A stretch of 63,984 nucleotides of DNA, counting the filler, from Rhabdomonas costata (taxonomy: Eukaryota), in assembly GCA_019059605.1 (NCBI GenBank). It is 37 parts of 37 records of this genome, joined end to end, with 100 filler letters (N's around TTAATTAATTAA, not from the genome) between each part and the next. Parts side by side here need not be neighbours in the genome. Positions count along the whole stretch, not along the records: positions 48,512 to 50,143 come from JAHMHO010011658.1; positions 50,244 to 51,877 come from JAHMHO010011659.1; positions 51,978 to 53,600 come from JAHMHO010011660.1; positions 53,701 to 55,331 come from JAHMHO010011661.1; positions 55,432 to 57,061 come from JAHMHO010011662.1; positions 57,162 to 58,792 come from JAHMHO010011663.1; positions 58,893 to 60,522 come from JAHMHO010011664.1; positions 60,623 to 62,253 come from JAHMHO010011665.1; 29 more parts are not named here. One strand, given 5' to 3'. The position numbers were made by a program, and so were the translations under genes. This document shows positions 49,974-62,501 of this stretch, in pieces; the first letter of the stretch is position 1; each line of letters begins with the position of its first letter. The notes beneath the pieces are model-generated. The model had not been told where the DNA came from. It searched no databases and was given only the letters and a program-made list of their open reading frames with translations.

Positions 49974-51715
49974 GCCCTTGTTTGGGAATTCCCTTTAGTG
50001 TGTGGGGTGAAATTAAAACGAATTCGAGCCTCTCGCGGTGGGTAGACCAGCCGGGCTTGCGCTTTCCCGAGCGCAATGCAGACCGGCCAGGGTGAAACGA
50101 CCGGCGGCAGTGGGTCCCTCTCTGCAAAGGCTGTCTGACTTCCNNNNNNNNNNNNNNNNNNNNNNNNNNNNNNNNNNNNNNNNNNNNTTAATTAATTAAN
50201 NNNNNNNNNNNNNNNNNNNNNNNNNNNNNNNNNNNNNNNNNNNTTTTGTGGCCACAGGTATATTGGAAAACGAGGAAGCAAGAGAGTAATATACCAGGAA
50301 GATGAATGCAGAGAGGTTAGAGAGGTTACGATCGGTAGTTGATTAACTGTGGTGTTTCTGTTGTGGTTCTGTGTTATTTTTGGATTTATGGATTTCCGTG
50401 GAGCATAACTGGCGGATTTCTGTCGGATGGGGATGCCTAGAAAGTGCTGAGAGAGGAAGAGTGGGGATGCAAGGAAATAGGCACTGCAGATAAAAATAGG
50501 GAAGGAAGGATTGGGAAGACGCCAAGCGGAACCAGTGGCTGAGCTGATCAGGAGTGGTTCCGAGCTGGACAATGGTGGCGTCACTCACATTCGAAGCAAT
50601 GAGGGCCAAGTGCAATCAGTGGCGAGTGCGCGGAGGAGGTGATGAAATGCGGCTGCAGTGGGCACAGAGTGAGATCCGAAGTGAGCTTTGATGAAGAGAA
50701 GTCACTTGGAAATAGCGTTGCGTGGCGCCAACACACGACCAGGTCACGCTTTGAGGCTCGAAAGTCAACAATGTAGTCCATGGAGGACGAAATGATGGAG
50801 CATGATTTGCTGAACCGAAGAAATTAAACAAACGACTGGAGCGGTAGAACATAGAACCAGTAATCGAAGGCAGACACATAGAGGTTCGAATTAAAGAGGT
50901 GCTGCAAGGAGAACCATAAACGGTGAGTTGAGTGGGTTTTGGCGGATACGGCCATCCAGCAGGAGCGTGGCAGCGAGAGGAATGCTGGGTTTTTGTGAAG
51001 GCAAAATTGAGAGCAAGAAGAAAAGTGGGTGAGATAACTGGGTGTGGGTGGTTGGAGCAGTGAATAAGGTCGAAGTTTGTCTTTGTCTCGAGGTCCAGGA
51101 ATGTGGATCCTGAGCAACATCTAGAGAAACAGCAAAGAGCCAGAGAGGAAAAGTAATGCTTGAGGGTGGATAGGGAGAGATGGAAGAGCAGAATGGCGGC
51201 GAAATCTGCAGGAGAAGAAGCTGATGAGAGATTGTTGCAGGTGATGCGGAGAATTTACAGCCAGTAGGCGAGGGTACATAAGAACGAGAGATGACTCCAT
51301 GGATAAAAATACGCAGGCAGGAGATAGAAGAATGCTGCGAAGATGAGTATGGGAGAAGAGAACTAAGCTCACAGAGGCCCGGACCATTCTAATGTGGATG
51401 TTGTGTATACCATCTCAGTGATTTCAAAATGCCGCCACAAGTGCTTCAGTGTGTTAAAGATATGTTCGCTTAGATTGTAGATTCCTCATTTTAGTGGACT
51501 TACTGTTGACCTGCTGCGAAGTGTGGCTTTCGTTCCTCTAAATCGAAAGCAAAAAAGTGATCAACTCTTCCCATCTTCCAGAACCCTTGCCAACAAAACA
51601 ATCTTCTGGATGTCTTGGGCCGCAAGCGGAGCGCGGCGTCCCCAGATCCTAGAACCCACTCTATTCAATGCGCGTTAAACTGCGCACCACCACGTGGCGA
51701 TGCCCTGACCTCTTG

Positions 51716-51764
51716 TAACCCTAACCCTAACCCTAACCCTAACCCTAACCCTAACCCTAACCCT
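51716..51764 (+). repeat. Internal telomere-type array, (CCCTAA)7 plus partial units
   Basis: Read directly; degenerate units follow (CTAACTGTAACTAAGTCCCTAACC). Confidence 0.95.
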
Positions 51765-51989
51765 CTTATATATATAAGGCTAACTGTAACTAAGTCCCTA
51801 ACCATCGTGGCCAGCGAAGTATCCTAAACGATTTTCCCTCGTGTTTTTTTGAATGACGCAGGGACATGTGCTACGGANNNNNNNNNNNNNNNNNNNNNNN
51901 NNNNNNNNNNNNNNNNNNNNNTTAATTAATTAANNNNNNNNNNNNNNNNNNNNNNNNNNNNNNNNNNNNNNNNNNNNGGGGTGGGTGGG

Positions 51990-52325
51990 CTCGCGGGCAC
52001 TAAACGGTATAAAGCTATTATACTGTCATGGTAGCGGTATATCAAAGCATCTGCGTTTCTGTTGTCTTTCACGTTGGTGATAATTGGTGGTGGGAATTCA
52101 TTTCTTTGTCTGGGCTTTAGCCAACAAGGAAAATTAAGATTAATCTAGGGGCGGAAACCAGTCCGTGGTGCGGCCAGATTGGGCGGCTGAGGCGGGTGAG
52201 TTGCGTGTGTATGGGGGGACTTCAGCACAACTTGGCGATACACATCAAGCCGAGGTGTCTAGGTGGGCAGGGCCCCCGTGGCTTAGTTTCGTCCTTCGTC
52301 GTGTCGTAAACGGCGATATACCATT
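51990..52325. mobile_element. MITE/fold-back-like element, diverged copy 2
   Basis: Shares CTGTTGTCTTTCACGTTG, AAGGAAAAT, GCTGAGGCGG, GGCCCCCGTG and GTTTCGTCCTTCGTCG in the same order as 4093-4502. Confidence 0.7.
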
Positions 52326-52425
52326 GAAAGCTCCCCCCCATGAACCGGACCCTCAGAGAAGCCTCGAGGGTCATGCGCCCATCGGGGTATACCACCCTTA
52401 CTTACACGGAGGCAACCGTACAAAC

Positions 52426-52591
52426 CGTCCTTGCGGTCCTCGATCTGGATCCCGACTTCCGGCGCGGCCTCGTTGCGCGCCCAGTCGCACAGCTTGAGGA
52501 ACTCCGTGGCCTTCGAAGCGATCGCAGCGCCGCGCACGCGGTCCCGGAACTTACAAAACACGTCCGCCACGGGCGTGACCCGCTCCTCCAG
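52426..52591 (-). CDS. CARS: Cysteinyl-tRNA synthetase exon (eukaryote-type anticodon-binding helical region)
   Basis: PVADVFCKFRDRVRGAAIASKATEFLKLCDWARNEAAPEVGIQIEDR matches the FRxxVR...LxLxDxxRxxxLPxxGVxxED pattern. CAG acceptor, GTTTGT donor. Confidence 0.75.
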
Positions 52592-53969
52592 CTGTGTGGT
52601 GTGGGGGCAGGTTTCAACCACCACACTTTTGAAGTTGCAGGGATGGCGAAGAAGAAGAACAATTACATCAGGTCCACAATCTGTTAGGAGAATGCAAGGT
52701 TCAGTTCGGTTTCAGTTGTGCAGGCTACCATGCAGCTAATAGAAAGGAGACAGAAGCCCAATGCCCAAAGTGAGTTCTGCAATGCGCATCACGCGGTGTA
52801 GAATCACGGGTCACCAAGCCACTCGGCCATCTCTCCGAAAACATTAAGCTCCTTTGGCTGCTTTAATCTTAGCCGCTTGACGAATTTTAAAGCGACGTTG
52901 TGCCAGCTGCCCGCTTCTTATCACGGCACCTCGAAGCGCTCGAGATGGTGCAAACAGCGGTGCTCCATTGCCCAGTGGCCGCCACCACCGTTTCGAGCTG
53001 TATCCACGGCGCTTCACAAAAGCATAAGCTCGGCGCCAGCAATACGTGAAGGCGCCCACTCCTGCTGCAAAGCCTCTACAAAGCCGCAGCTTGGTGGAGT
53101 TCAGTCATCGGGTCCTCCCGTGTCCGTGGTCGTGACCGATCAATCCGAATCAGCGCAGCAGAAAATGTTTTTATACGTCTGAAGATATGTGGACACGGGA
53201 TATCTTTCACTTTTTGGTGCATAAGGGTAAAATCAGCCTTATCTGTCTTGGAGTTCATTCCTGTTGGCTGAAAAACTTGCCAAGCGACGTTTATTAACCC
53301 ATTTCCACGGTGGATGAAAATAAACGTGTTCCAGGCTAAATGAATTTTCAGTGGTGCACACATACAGTTACATACCAAGGTTGATGGAAAGAAGTCTCCA
53401 CCAACAATAGGGACTTCCCATCAGTCTGCCGGAATTTCAGAGGCGAGGCTTTGTACCCATATCTTTACCGAAGGTGCTTTTTCGTTGGTGTATATGCGCG
53501 TGGGCACGTGCGTGCCTAATTCGTAGACTAGAGCAAATTCACACCAATAAGAGATGGCAAACGCGCGCACACCGATGAGGAATCCTTGTCAACAAAAACA
53601 NNNNNNNNNNNNNNNNNNNNNNNNNNNNNNNNNNNNNNNNNNNNTTAATTAATTAANNNNNNNNNNNNNNNNNNNNNNNNNNNNNNNNNNNNNNNNNNNN
53701 AAATTACCTCTAATAGTCAGCTTGTTCCCGGATGTCTCGTCCCGGAAGACAGTGCTCCATACAATGGTCGTTTGGGTTGATCGCCAGGCCCAATGCCTGC
53801 TTTGTGTGTACATGTGCGGGTGTTTGTGTTTGTGTGTGTGTGTGTGTGCGTCCCAAGTAGCCCTGCCGGAAACCTCGTGGCAGGATGCAGGATGGTGCTG
53901 TAACCTGACCTGAAAGCATTCCTTCGCCTCCCTGTCGTGACCGCTGATGTCACCTCCTCTCCTCTTTAG

Positions 53970-54599
53970 CTCCTGGATAAGGGGCGGGGGGCCACCCCTA
54001 CCATGCTGGAGGAGGTGAGGGCGAAGCAGCAGAGGTCGATCAACCTCTCTGATGAGAAGGCTTGCGCTTCCACCCCCACATCAACGTTTTGCGTGCGGAG
54101 ACCTAGCAAACGCACGGACTCTGGACTTAGCAGTATCTTATGTTCATTCGGCCGATAAGCTGCCATGTATGCAGGCGCATGGAGTCACAGGGCGGGAGTT
54201 ATGATTCATCCAGAACACGGGTCAGGTTTTTCAATAACGCGTTTCACGGTTCATCTCTGGCTGGATTTATCACCTGAAAACTTCTCGAAATTACCGAAAA
54301 ATGTTACAATCCCACCCCAATAGGAGTATGTCAGCGCCATCACCTTGACGCCCTACAAATTGTCGGCTTTGGTACAAAGCGCTACACACAAAGTTGCCAG
54401 AACTGCAGACACGGAAAGCTGAAATGCTTTGCAAATGCTGATGCCAGCTGAGGTTGGGCCTGTGGGCTGTCTGCAAAGGCAAAGGCGAGAAAAGAGTTCC
54501 CTCCACCTATCAAACAGGTACAGCTTGCTGTGCAGACGTACGATTTGGTGGATCGTTGCATCCGGCGCTTGGATGACGACCTGAAGCGCTTTGAGGCCG
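53970..54599 (+). CDS. ING (inhibitor of growth) family N-terminal domain fragment (exons 53970-54059, 54518-~54599)
   Basis: Spliced LSDEK|VQLAVQTYDLVDRCIRRLDDDLKRFE is the ING N-terminal signature. Confidence 0.88.
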
Positions 54600-55996
54600 G
54601 CCTTTCTCCGGGTCTTCCCCATCCCTTTCTCATATGTTTTTTCATCTTGAGTCGCGTTATTCTTTTCCCCGAGACTTGCCGAAGAGCTGCGGGGCGGCTG
54701 CAGGCTCGGCTGGTGGGTATGCCACCTCTCCGCCATCGACACCGACCCTACTCCCATCCAGCGAAATATTTTCCGATTGTTACGACCGTTCCCACGTTTT
54801 GGAACTTGTCCAAGGCAGCCCCTTTGTAGGCGTGTGTTTGACCCGGTGACTGCGTTGTGGAGTGCTTTTCCAGTTCCGCTGGGACCTCGCCGCGTGTTGC
54901 TCTGTACGGGTTCTAAACTGGCTTCGTGCCCGTTGTGCATATCCAGCATCGTCGAACAGTTCAACTATCCGAACTGACCCAGGGCATTCGGTTGAAACCC
55001 ACAAAAAGAAAGTTCGTAAAACCTACTGTGCGCAAAACTCGTAACACCTACTGTGCGCTTGGTAAGATTTCGCATCCACCACCAACTCACAACACAACCC
55101 AGGGGACAGAGCATTCGTCTCGGCTCATATATGGACTACTTAAATGGGACTCCCCAGCATACGTTGTGGGTGCCGTCTTTAACCTTCCCCTGCGTGGGGC
55201 AAGAAGCACCGCAAAAGAAATACGAAAGAGCCACCCAGGGGCACCGCTACCGGCCGAGGAATAAGGTCAGGAAACCCTGACCCCAAGAACCGGCCATGCA
55301 GTGTTTTGGGAGGCCTGCTGCACAACCACCCNNNNNNNNNNNNNNNNNNNNNNNNNNNNNNNNNNNNNNNNNNNNTTAATTAATTAANNNNNNNNNNNNN
55401 NNNNNNNNNNNNNNNNNNNNNNNNNNNNNNNGTTGGGTTTTTCGCCAGCATTCCCTTTTTCAGTGTCTGGAGTATATACAAAAATTGGTCAAACGTTTCG
55501 TATAGTGGATAAAAACGGGGCGATGGGTAATAATAGTATTGTATTGTGTAAAGGTAGTAATAATAGAATTGAAGGACTTCACACAAAAACCTACAATACA
55601 CCATGCTTGTGTCGTGAATTTATGTGTATTGGGGATGGATTAAATGGAAATTTAATTTGAACAGGGTCTTCCATAATGAATTAATAGTTGACAAACAAAT
55701 TATATTATTCTATTTTATATGAACTTCGAAAGGATATCAGAAAAAGATTTAGTTGAAACAGCGAATACGCCAACAAAACAAGATCTAGATTACAAAGAGA
55801 CACTAGAACTTTATTGGGTTGAAGATAAATTAGACAATGTGCATAGAAAGTTACACCGAACCCCGAGCTATGAATGCAGCACTGCGATTGGTCAATCGCT
55901 CGACACCGAGTTGGCGCACGAATTCACTGCAAATGGAAATAACCGTGACACCGACATGGTTTAACTTAGAAGCCGGCGCGAAAGAAAAAGTAAACG

Positions 55997-56576
55997 TGAA
56001 ATTCGGGGTAGGGTGCCATGCCGCGTCGGTGGGATCCGCGGACAAGAACGAAATCACGGTCAGCACGTGCGGGGGCAACTCCACGCTGGCGCTGGCAAAC
56101 GCCGCCCTACACGCGAGAAGGGAACCTAAACCTAACGTGCACGAAAGAATTTGATGTCGCTCCTTCCTCCCGTGTTCAGTACCTGGGGCAAAGATTGCCA
56201 CTCTTCTCATGCCAAACAGAAAGAAACCTAACTCTGCCCATACGATGGCGCTCGTTTGGTAAAGACACAAACACAACCGGGACTCAGTACAATTGGCGAA
56301 ACTCCTGCCATTGATTCATGGCGCACCAAAGAGCACCTTGATGCTCCCCTTTTTCCTGCGACGATACTACAGACATTAACCAAACACACAATAAACCGAG
56401 CACACTGCAGGAACATGTGCACACCACTGGAACAGGCATGTTTCAAGGGCGCTGGGTGGTGCTCGACCCTGCGGGGAGCGCGGGAGCACCCTCAAGCTAA
56501 GCCAGGCCTGAAGCAGGTGCAGGCCCTGGGCCAGGCAGACCCTCAGCAGCCCGGCTTGCTCCGAGGCACAGAGGGG
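55997..56576 (-). CDS. Leucine-rich helical protein fragment (two probable exons)
   Basis: LLRVCLAQGLHLLQAWLSLRVLP...CLFQW|AAFASASVELPPHVLTVISFL joins in phase 2. The 3' boundary is uncertain. Confidence 0.45.
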
Positions 56577-57468
56577 CTTTGAAACACAAGAAAGGCGCAG
56601 GAAAAAAGAGGAGGTGCCGCGATAGTATCATTTGACCCGCCGCATGAGTTGACCGGAAAAAGATCGAAAAAAAACACAAAAAAAGGGAAGCAAGATAAAT
56701 CCTTCTATTGGAGCCAAGACTGAGGGTGAGGAACCTATAGAACATAAGTGGTGCCGGACAAGTGTGAATGTCCGCGAGAGATTCCACAGAGGGGCAGCGA
56801 CACAAAGCAACGTGGTTCTCCTGCCCCTGGCTGCATAACATAAACGAGTGAGGAGGTGGGGGAAAAGAAGCCACGGAGAAGGCTACGATCAAGATGAAGA
56901 ATGGAAACAGGCAAGGGGGGAAGGAGGGAAAGCGGTTGGAGGCAGCAAACATTATGGCACGAGAGTTTGACTGGCGGCATGGCGCCAGGACAGCAAGTAT
57001 GTCATTTTTTCTGCTATCGGAGGTGATAAGAGGTGGTGCGGGGAAGAGGGTACACCAACGANNNNNNNNNNNNNNNNNNNNNNNNNNNNNNNNNNNNNNN
57101 NNNNNTTAATTAATTAANNNNNNNNNNNNNNNNNNNNNNNNNNNNNNNNNNNNNNNNNNNNGTTTTGGTTGGAAGCTGTGGGACCAATCATCTCCCCACA
57201 GCCGCTTTTCATCACTACCCCCACTTCTGTCCGCGAAAGAGGGGACAGGGATAGCGTAGAGACAGTGAGAGGAGAAGGGCAACCGCGTTTGGAGGGCACG
57301 GCAACAAGAGCAACAAAGGAGATAGGAAGTGCGCGGACGAAACCGACTATTATATGAGCGTGCGGAGGCCAAACGTGTGAAATCAGAAGTGGACAGCTCT
57401 GCTCGAGTACAGTCTCCTACAATTGCAGGACCAGCAAGACAAAAGACTATTGAGATCTTTGCGAATGC

Positions 57469-58665
57469 CTGGTAGCAGTCAGCTGCGTTGGCGTCTTTGC
57501 TGTAGTCCTTGCCCTTCAGCTTCACCTCCCTGCGAAAAAGAAAGGTGGGGGGAGGGGGAAGCACGCCCCCTTACCCTGATGACCTGAACTTCTTCAAGCG
57601 AGCAACTACGTCTTTTTCCTGCGTAATAACCGTAAGCCATTGTGTCCCCAGAACAATGTCCCAACTAACACATCCCCAGTAAATTGCGCGCGCATATACA
57701 CCCATATAACCCCTGAGACGTAATCTGCCGAGAAACTGCCCTTGGCCTAGTGCGCCTATGTTACGATTCAGCGAGTGTTTTAATGGAGGACACCGAACAA
57801 CCAACCACAGCTTTGGAGGGGGTCGATGGCACCGATGACCCATCAGAGTAGAGAAATTGAGGAGGAAATTGCAGGAATCGAGCCTCCAACGTTCTCAGAT
57901 GACCATTGGCGGGTTTGGACCTGATTGTGGAGTCGATGATGGACTCGTCTGTGCACACGATCTCCACAAAAACGACACGGTCATGGCTTAGTTGGGGCAG
58001 CTCAGTGCTGAAGAACTCCATCAGAGTCTGCCGGCGGTTCCGAGCTGCACGTGCAAACATAGACCATCAGAAAACGGACCAAACATAAAAAAAGTTAGTT
58101 ACGCGTATGCATGGATAAAGGGACACATCAGAAGCAGCACCTACCGCGGCGGAGGCCCAAAGGTTTAAGTATCGATTTATCCCCCGGGAAATACGTTGGA
58201 GTGTGTTGTTGTTCTTTGAGAGGTTCCTCCTTCAGTTCTTTAACCCACAAGCCCTATACACTGGTGCTAGACATGTGGGACTGTCAGGTTTGTAGAGGAA
58301 GGGAGAGGCTACGGTACCCCACTTTGCACTCCTTCATTGCGCTTCTTTCCCTTTTAATTGCACAACACAAACAAAAGAGAGCAAACAAACCCTTCATCCC
58401 TCTGATTCTCTTTGATCGACTGTTCATCGCCCACTGTGATGCAGCTTCTGACGAGCGAGAGATACAGAAAGCAGGAAGGAAAGGCAGTGAGTACCTGTGT
58501 TGGTGGCATCCAGAATGCCGACCTGGCCCCCACCCTGCAGCCAAGCCACTAGGTCGACACAGGCCAGCCGGGCCATCCGCTCGCGCGCTGCGCAGGTCTC
58601 CGCGTTGCTGGGATCAAACCAGCTCTCGGAGTGGTGGGTGCCCAGCTGCTGCCGGCGGTACTCCC
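57469..58665 (-). CDS. 6-phosphofructo-2-kinase domain (PFK-2/PFKFB family) fragment (exons 58665-58495, 58044-57921, 57529-57469)
   Basis: GEYRR...WFDPSN...GGQVGILDATNTARNRR...VVFVEIVCTDESIIDSTIREVKLKGKDY. Phases are consistent. Confidence 0.92.
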
Positions 58666-59527
58666 CTGCGAAATTTTTTAAAGCACGTTACACCGTATAC
58701 TCAGAACCACAGAATTCTTGGTTTTTTCTGCAGGTTTACGCTCCCCAAGCAGAAAAACCTACCCATGTGAGTAGCAAACTCCACACAACCACNNNNNNNN
58801 NNNNNNNNNNNNNNNNNNNNNNNNNNNNNNNNNNNNTTAATTAATTAANNNNNNNNNNNNNNNNNNNNNNNNNNNNNNNNNNNNNNNNNNNNGTTGGGGG
58901 GGTGTGAAGCCCTTCCAGGAGATTGTGTGCCCGGCGAAGCACACGGCACTGGTCTTAAAGTGGAGAGAGGTGTGTGTGGGTGGCGGCAGTGACTCCGCGC
59001 AGGAGAGTCCCTCTACAGCGCGTCCCTCTCCACGTTGTATCTGAAAACTTGCCCTACCACGAAGGGTAATGCTTAAAAGAATGCGATAAAGTGTCGGTAA
59101 GATAGGTTGGATGCCTTTTTGGGGGGGGGGCATGTCGAACGGCTGAACGATATGAAACTCATTAACAGTAGCGACCAGTTTAACGTTGAGGTTAAACAAT
59201 AAGACTGGAAACTTGGCTCCTACAATACATCTACCCCAAATCAGTTCACCAAATGAGAGCGAAAAGTTACTGCCCACATCCACGGGTCACCGTTCTCGCT
59301 GAGACCATTAACATACCGGGGTATGTTTTTAAGAAACCTCTGGAAAACTGGAAGGAATTAAATCCATTAACATTTAAGTCCTCATCCGCCGAAAGGATTG
59401 TTGAACGTTCTGCTTGCGGTATTATGAAGGTTTTTGGAAAATTTCACCCAGCGGGGCAGTGGGACCCGAAACTGGACTTCTACTGCGCGGAGCCAAGACT
59501 GTCACCCTGCACCCCAGGGGCTGACAC

Positions 59528-60470
59528 TTCGGTACACCACCGTCCCAAACGTCGTCGACAAGGGGTGCTCCAGGAAGTACTCCCGGATCCCCTCTAGCCA
59601 CGGCGAGAGCTCCTCCAGCGCGGGCTCGTCGGCCTCCCGCAGCGCGGTATCAATGAGCTGCCGCGGAGAGGTCACCCCGCGCTCCATCTCCACGGTGTAC
59701 ATCCACATGCACCTCTCTGGGGGGCGACCCTTAGGGGCCGTTCGGGAGTTCCAGAGAGAAAGCCACCTGAAAGTGAACAGCAGCGAAGGGGCGCTGGACA
59801 ACAATGCAGGAGCCGATGAAGGAGCTGCCCCTGGTTGATGGAAAAGAGCTCCTATTTGTAGTTCTATAAAAAAGCATGCGATGTTGGGTAAGCTCACCGG
59901 TCTCGTAGGGGCACTGTTGTACCAGGTTTCTGACGTCGCGTAGGACTCCATGTCGGAGCCTTAGGCGGTGCTCACTGAAATTGCGGATATGTTTCCCAGG
60001 GTCGCGAATTAATCTCCCTGAGACATGCAAAACAGATTTTGATGGACAAGAGATGCAAATTGAAGTCATGTAGAAAATCAGCCAACTGCATGTCGAACTT
60101 GTTTCCGCGTCTGTCTTTCTGGGGGAGGGTTTATCCCGATTGTCAAGCGTTAAATGATATGCACAAGTTAAGAATGAAGTGAGTAAACACCAACATTCGG
60201 AAACCGATTGGAGGGAAGAAATGCAGCATCGACCCAAACTAATGCTGAGATGGGATGGGGAAAATACTTCTCCCGATCTGCTGGGCTCAGACACGTGGCC
60301 TCAGTGAAGCACTTCTCAACGTCTTCATCCGTGACCCGCCACCGGTAGGGCTCATCCTCCCCCGCGGCTTTGCCGTTGCTCCCCGCCCCGGCTGTCGCAG
60401 ACACAAACACTGCTCCGCCAAGCTCCTCGTGGCGCATCTCCCAGTCCTGGCAATCCTGCATCACCGCAAG
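59528..60470 (-). CDS. Three-exon fragment of an unknown protein
   Basis: Phase-consistent GT-AG joins: ...DVEKCFTEAT|LRHGVLRDVRNLVQQCPYETE|RCMWMYTVEMERG...LEGIREYFLEHP. Confidence 0.6.
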
Positions 60471-60910
60471 CTGGACGACCACTCCCGACCTCCCGCCGCA
60501 GCACAACCCCACCCCAACACACNNNNNNNNNNNNNNNNNNNNNNNNNNNNNNNNNNNNNNNNNNNNTTAATTAATTAANNNNNNNNNNNNNNNNNNNNNN
60601 NNNNNNNNNNNNNNNNNNNNNNGTGTGGGGGGGTTGAGGAGGCGCAAAACACAGGAAGTCTAGGTTGACTAGGAAAAGGAGAGATTAGCATTCCGATCTC
60701 AATTATGCCACCGGTCTCGGATGTGTGCGGGAAGAAGCGTGAGTGGAGATGCACTACCAGCGCAGCATGACAAACTGAGACCAGCCGCCAGAGGTAGAGC
60801 CATTTGCCCCAATCCAACGAATGTTGGGAACAGGGTGCTGAAGCAAGGGTTTAGACAGAGACCCTATGTTTTGTCCAGATGACAAAAACCTCAGTTTACG
60901 TTGCAGCCTA

Positions 60911-61341
60911 TTATACAACGGCTGGTCCGTTGGCATTCTCCGCTTCTGCCGTGGAGGGTGGGGATTCGGCAGGAGCCCTGACTCCATTCTTTTCCGTACA
61001 GTAGACAGAAAGAAGAGATTCCAAACAAAAGTAACGTAAAGTGAAGTCAACATTAAAAGTGTGGGACCAGAAATTCACATCACTACTTGGCTTAAGTCGC
61101 TCGGGCTTCTAAAACAGATGAATCGAGCAACGCTGACCTCCTCGCCTTGCGGAACGGACCGCAGGACCCGTCGCCGTGAGGCCCACCGCCGATACACCAC
61201 CACAACACACGCCAGGATCCCAAGGGCCGCCGCCCCGGAGGGGATTCCGATAGCCGCGCCCAACCACCACATCGACGGCGAGGCAACAACGCAGCGCGGG
61301 GGCACCGCACTGCCATCATACTGCAGGGTGCTCCCGCAGGG
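60911..61341 (-). CDS. C-terminus of a single-pass membrane protein (exons 61341-61138, 60988-60911)
   Basis: Hydrophobic WWLGAAIGIPSGAAALGILACVVVVY followed by RRWASRRR (positive-inside), then a short tail to TAA TAG. Confidence 0.75.
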
Positions 61342-62501
61342 CTGACAGATACCCTGAGAAAGATGCAATGTAAGAAAAAGGGTCCGAACAAAATAAGCTT
61401 CTTCTCAATAACAACAAAAGTTAAGCTCTTGCAGGAATCCCCCCCAATTGTACTCCGATTAGCTCTTCGACGTAACTATTGCGCTTCCTTTCCACGCGCA
61501 CCCGTTATACCCGTTTGCTCTTCTGGCTCTAGCTTGCAGGCTTTTGGGTGTCTGTTTTCTCTTCACTCCCCTCCCCTCCCCTACCCTCACGTTTCAGTCT
61601 CGTCTCTCACCTTTCTTTTGATCTGCTCACCTCTCCATGATGAGCTCTGGGAAAATAGGCAAAAGAGAGAAGTCCGTGTGCTTTAGGTGTTTCAGAAATC
61701 TCTGCCGCTCTCGGTCTGCGGCAGCAGGTAACTCACCTACGGAATAGACGCTTCGTTATCATACATACCACGGTGACCGATGGTGACAAATTATCTCACG
61801 ACAGCGGACACACAGACACAATGGTCAAAGGGAGAAACCCTTACCAGGAAGAGGAAAGCGGTCAAAAGGTACATCAAAACTAACAACAACAACGAGTCCA
61901 GCAGATCAAACCGAGAGCGGTGCGAACAAAACGGCCCGAAGGAACGTCCACAGAATCACAGGGAGTTCAATAAGGGCATCGCGCATAAAAGCAAACCGAA
62001 ATGGAAAGCGAGCACGGTGATCATCATCATCATAATGACGGAGAGACGGAAAGAAGGCAGAGAATGGGAATAAGATTGACCGCTAAAAAGGTAAGTTGGA
62101 ACATTTGGCCAGGTGAAGGACGTCCCCTGTCCCCGGTCGGAAAACTTCCATCTCGCTACTCCCAGGCTGGACTACAGCAACCGCACGCATGAGCACACGT
62201 ACCGCGGCTGTGAAGATGTACGGCGGTGGGCAATGATCACAGTCCAACCCCCCNNNNNNNNNNNNNNNNNNNNNNNNNNNNNNNNNNNNNNNNNNNNTTA
62301 ATTAATTAANNNNNNNNNNNNNNNNNNNNNNNNNNNNNNNNNNNNNNNNNNNNTTGTGGGTGTTCACAATAAGTGACTTTGCCCAATTCAGAGTTCAACA
62401 CTGGACTACCTGCAACTGCAACACTCAACCAGGTGAACACCCAAGAGTCTGAAGGCGAAGAAAGCAGAGGCGAAAAAACAGATATAGCGACACCCCGTGA
62501 C

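Noticed and set aside
55688..55716. Sigma70-like promoter TTGACA-17-TATTTT
   Set aside because: Weak -10 box, only 2 nt from the ATG, and expected by chance in AT-rich DNA.
1634..62353. Regularly spaced TTAATTAATTAA repeats as a CRISPR-like or biological array
   Set aside because: They are always embedded in exactly 44+44 Ns, so this is a concatenation spacer.
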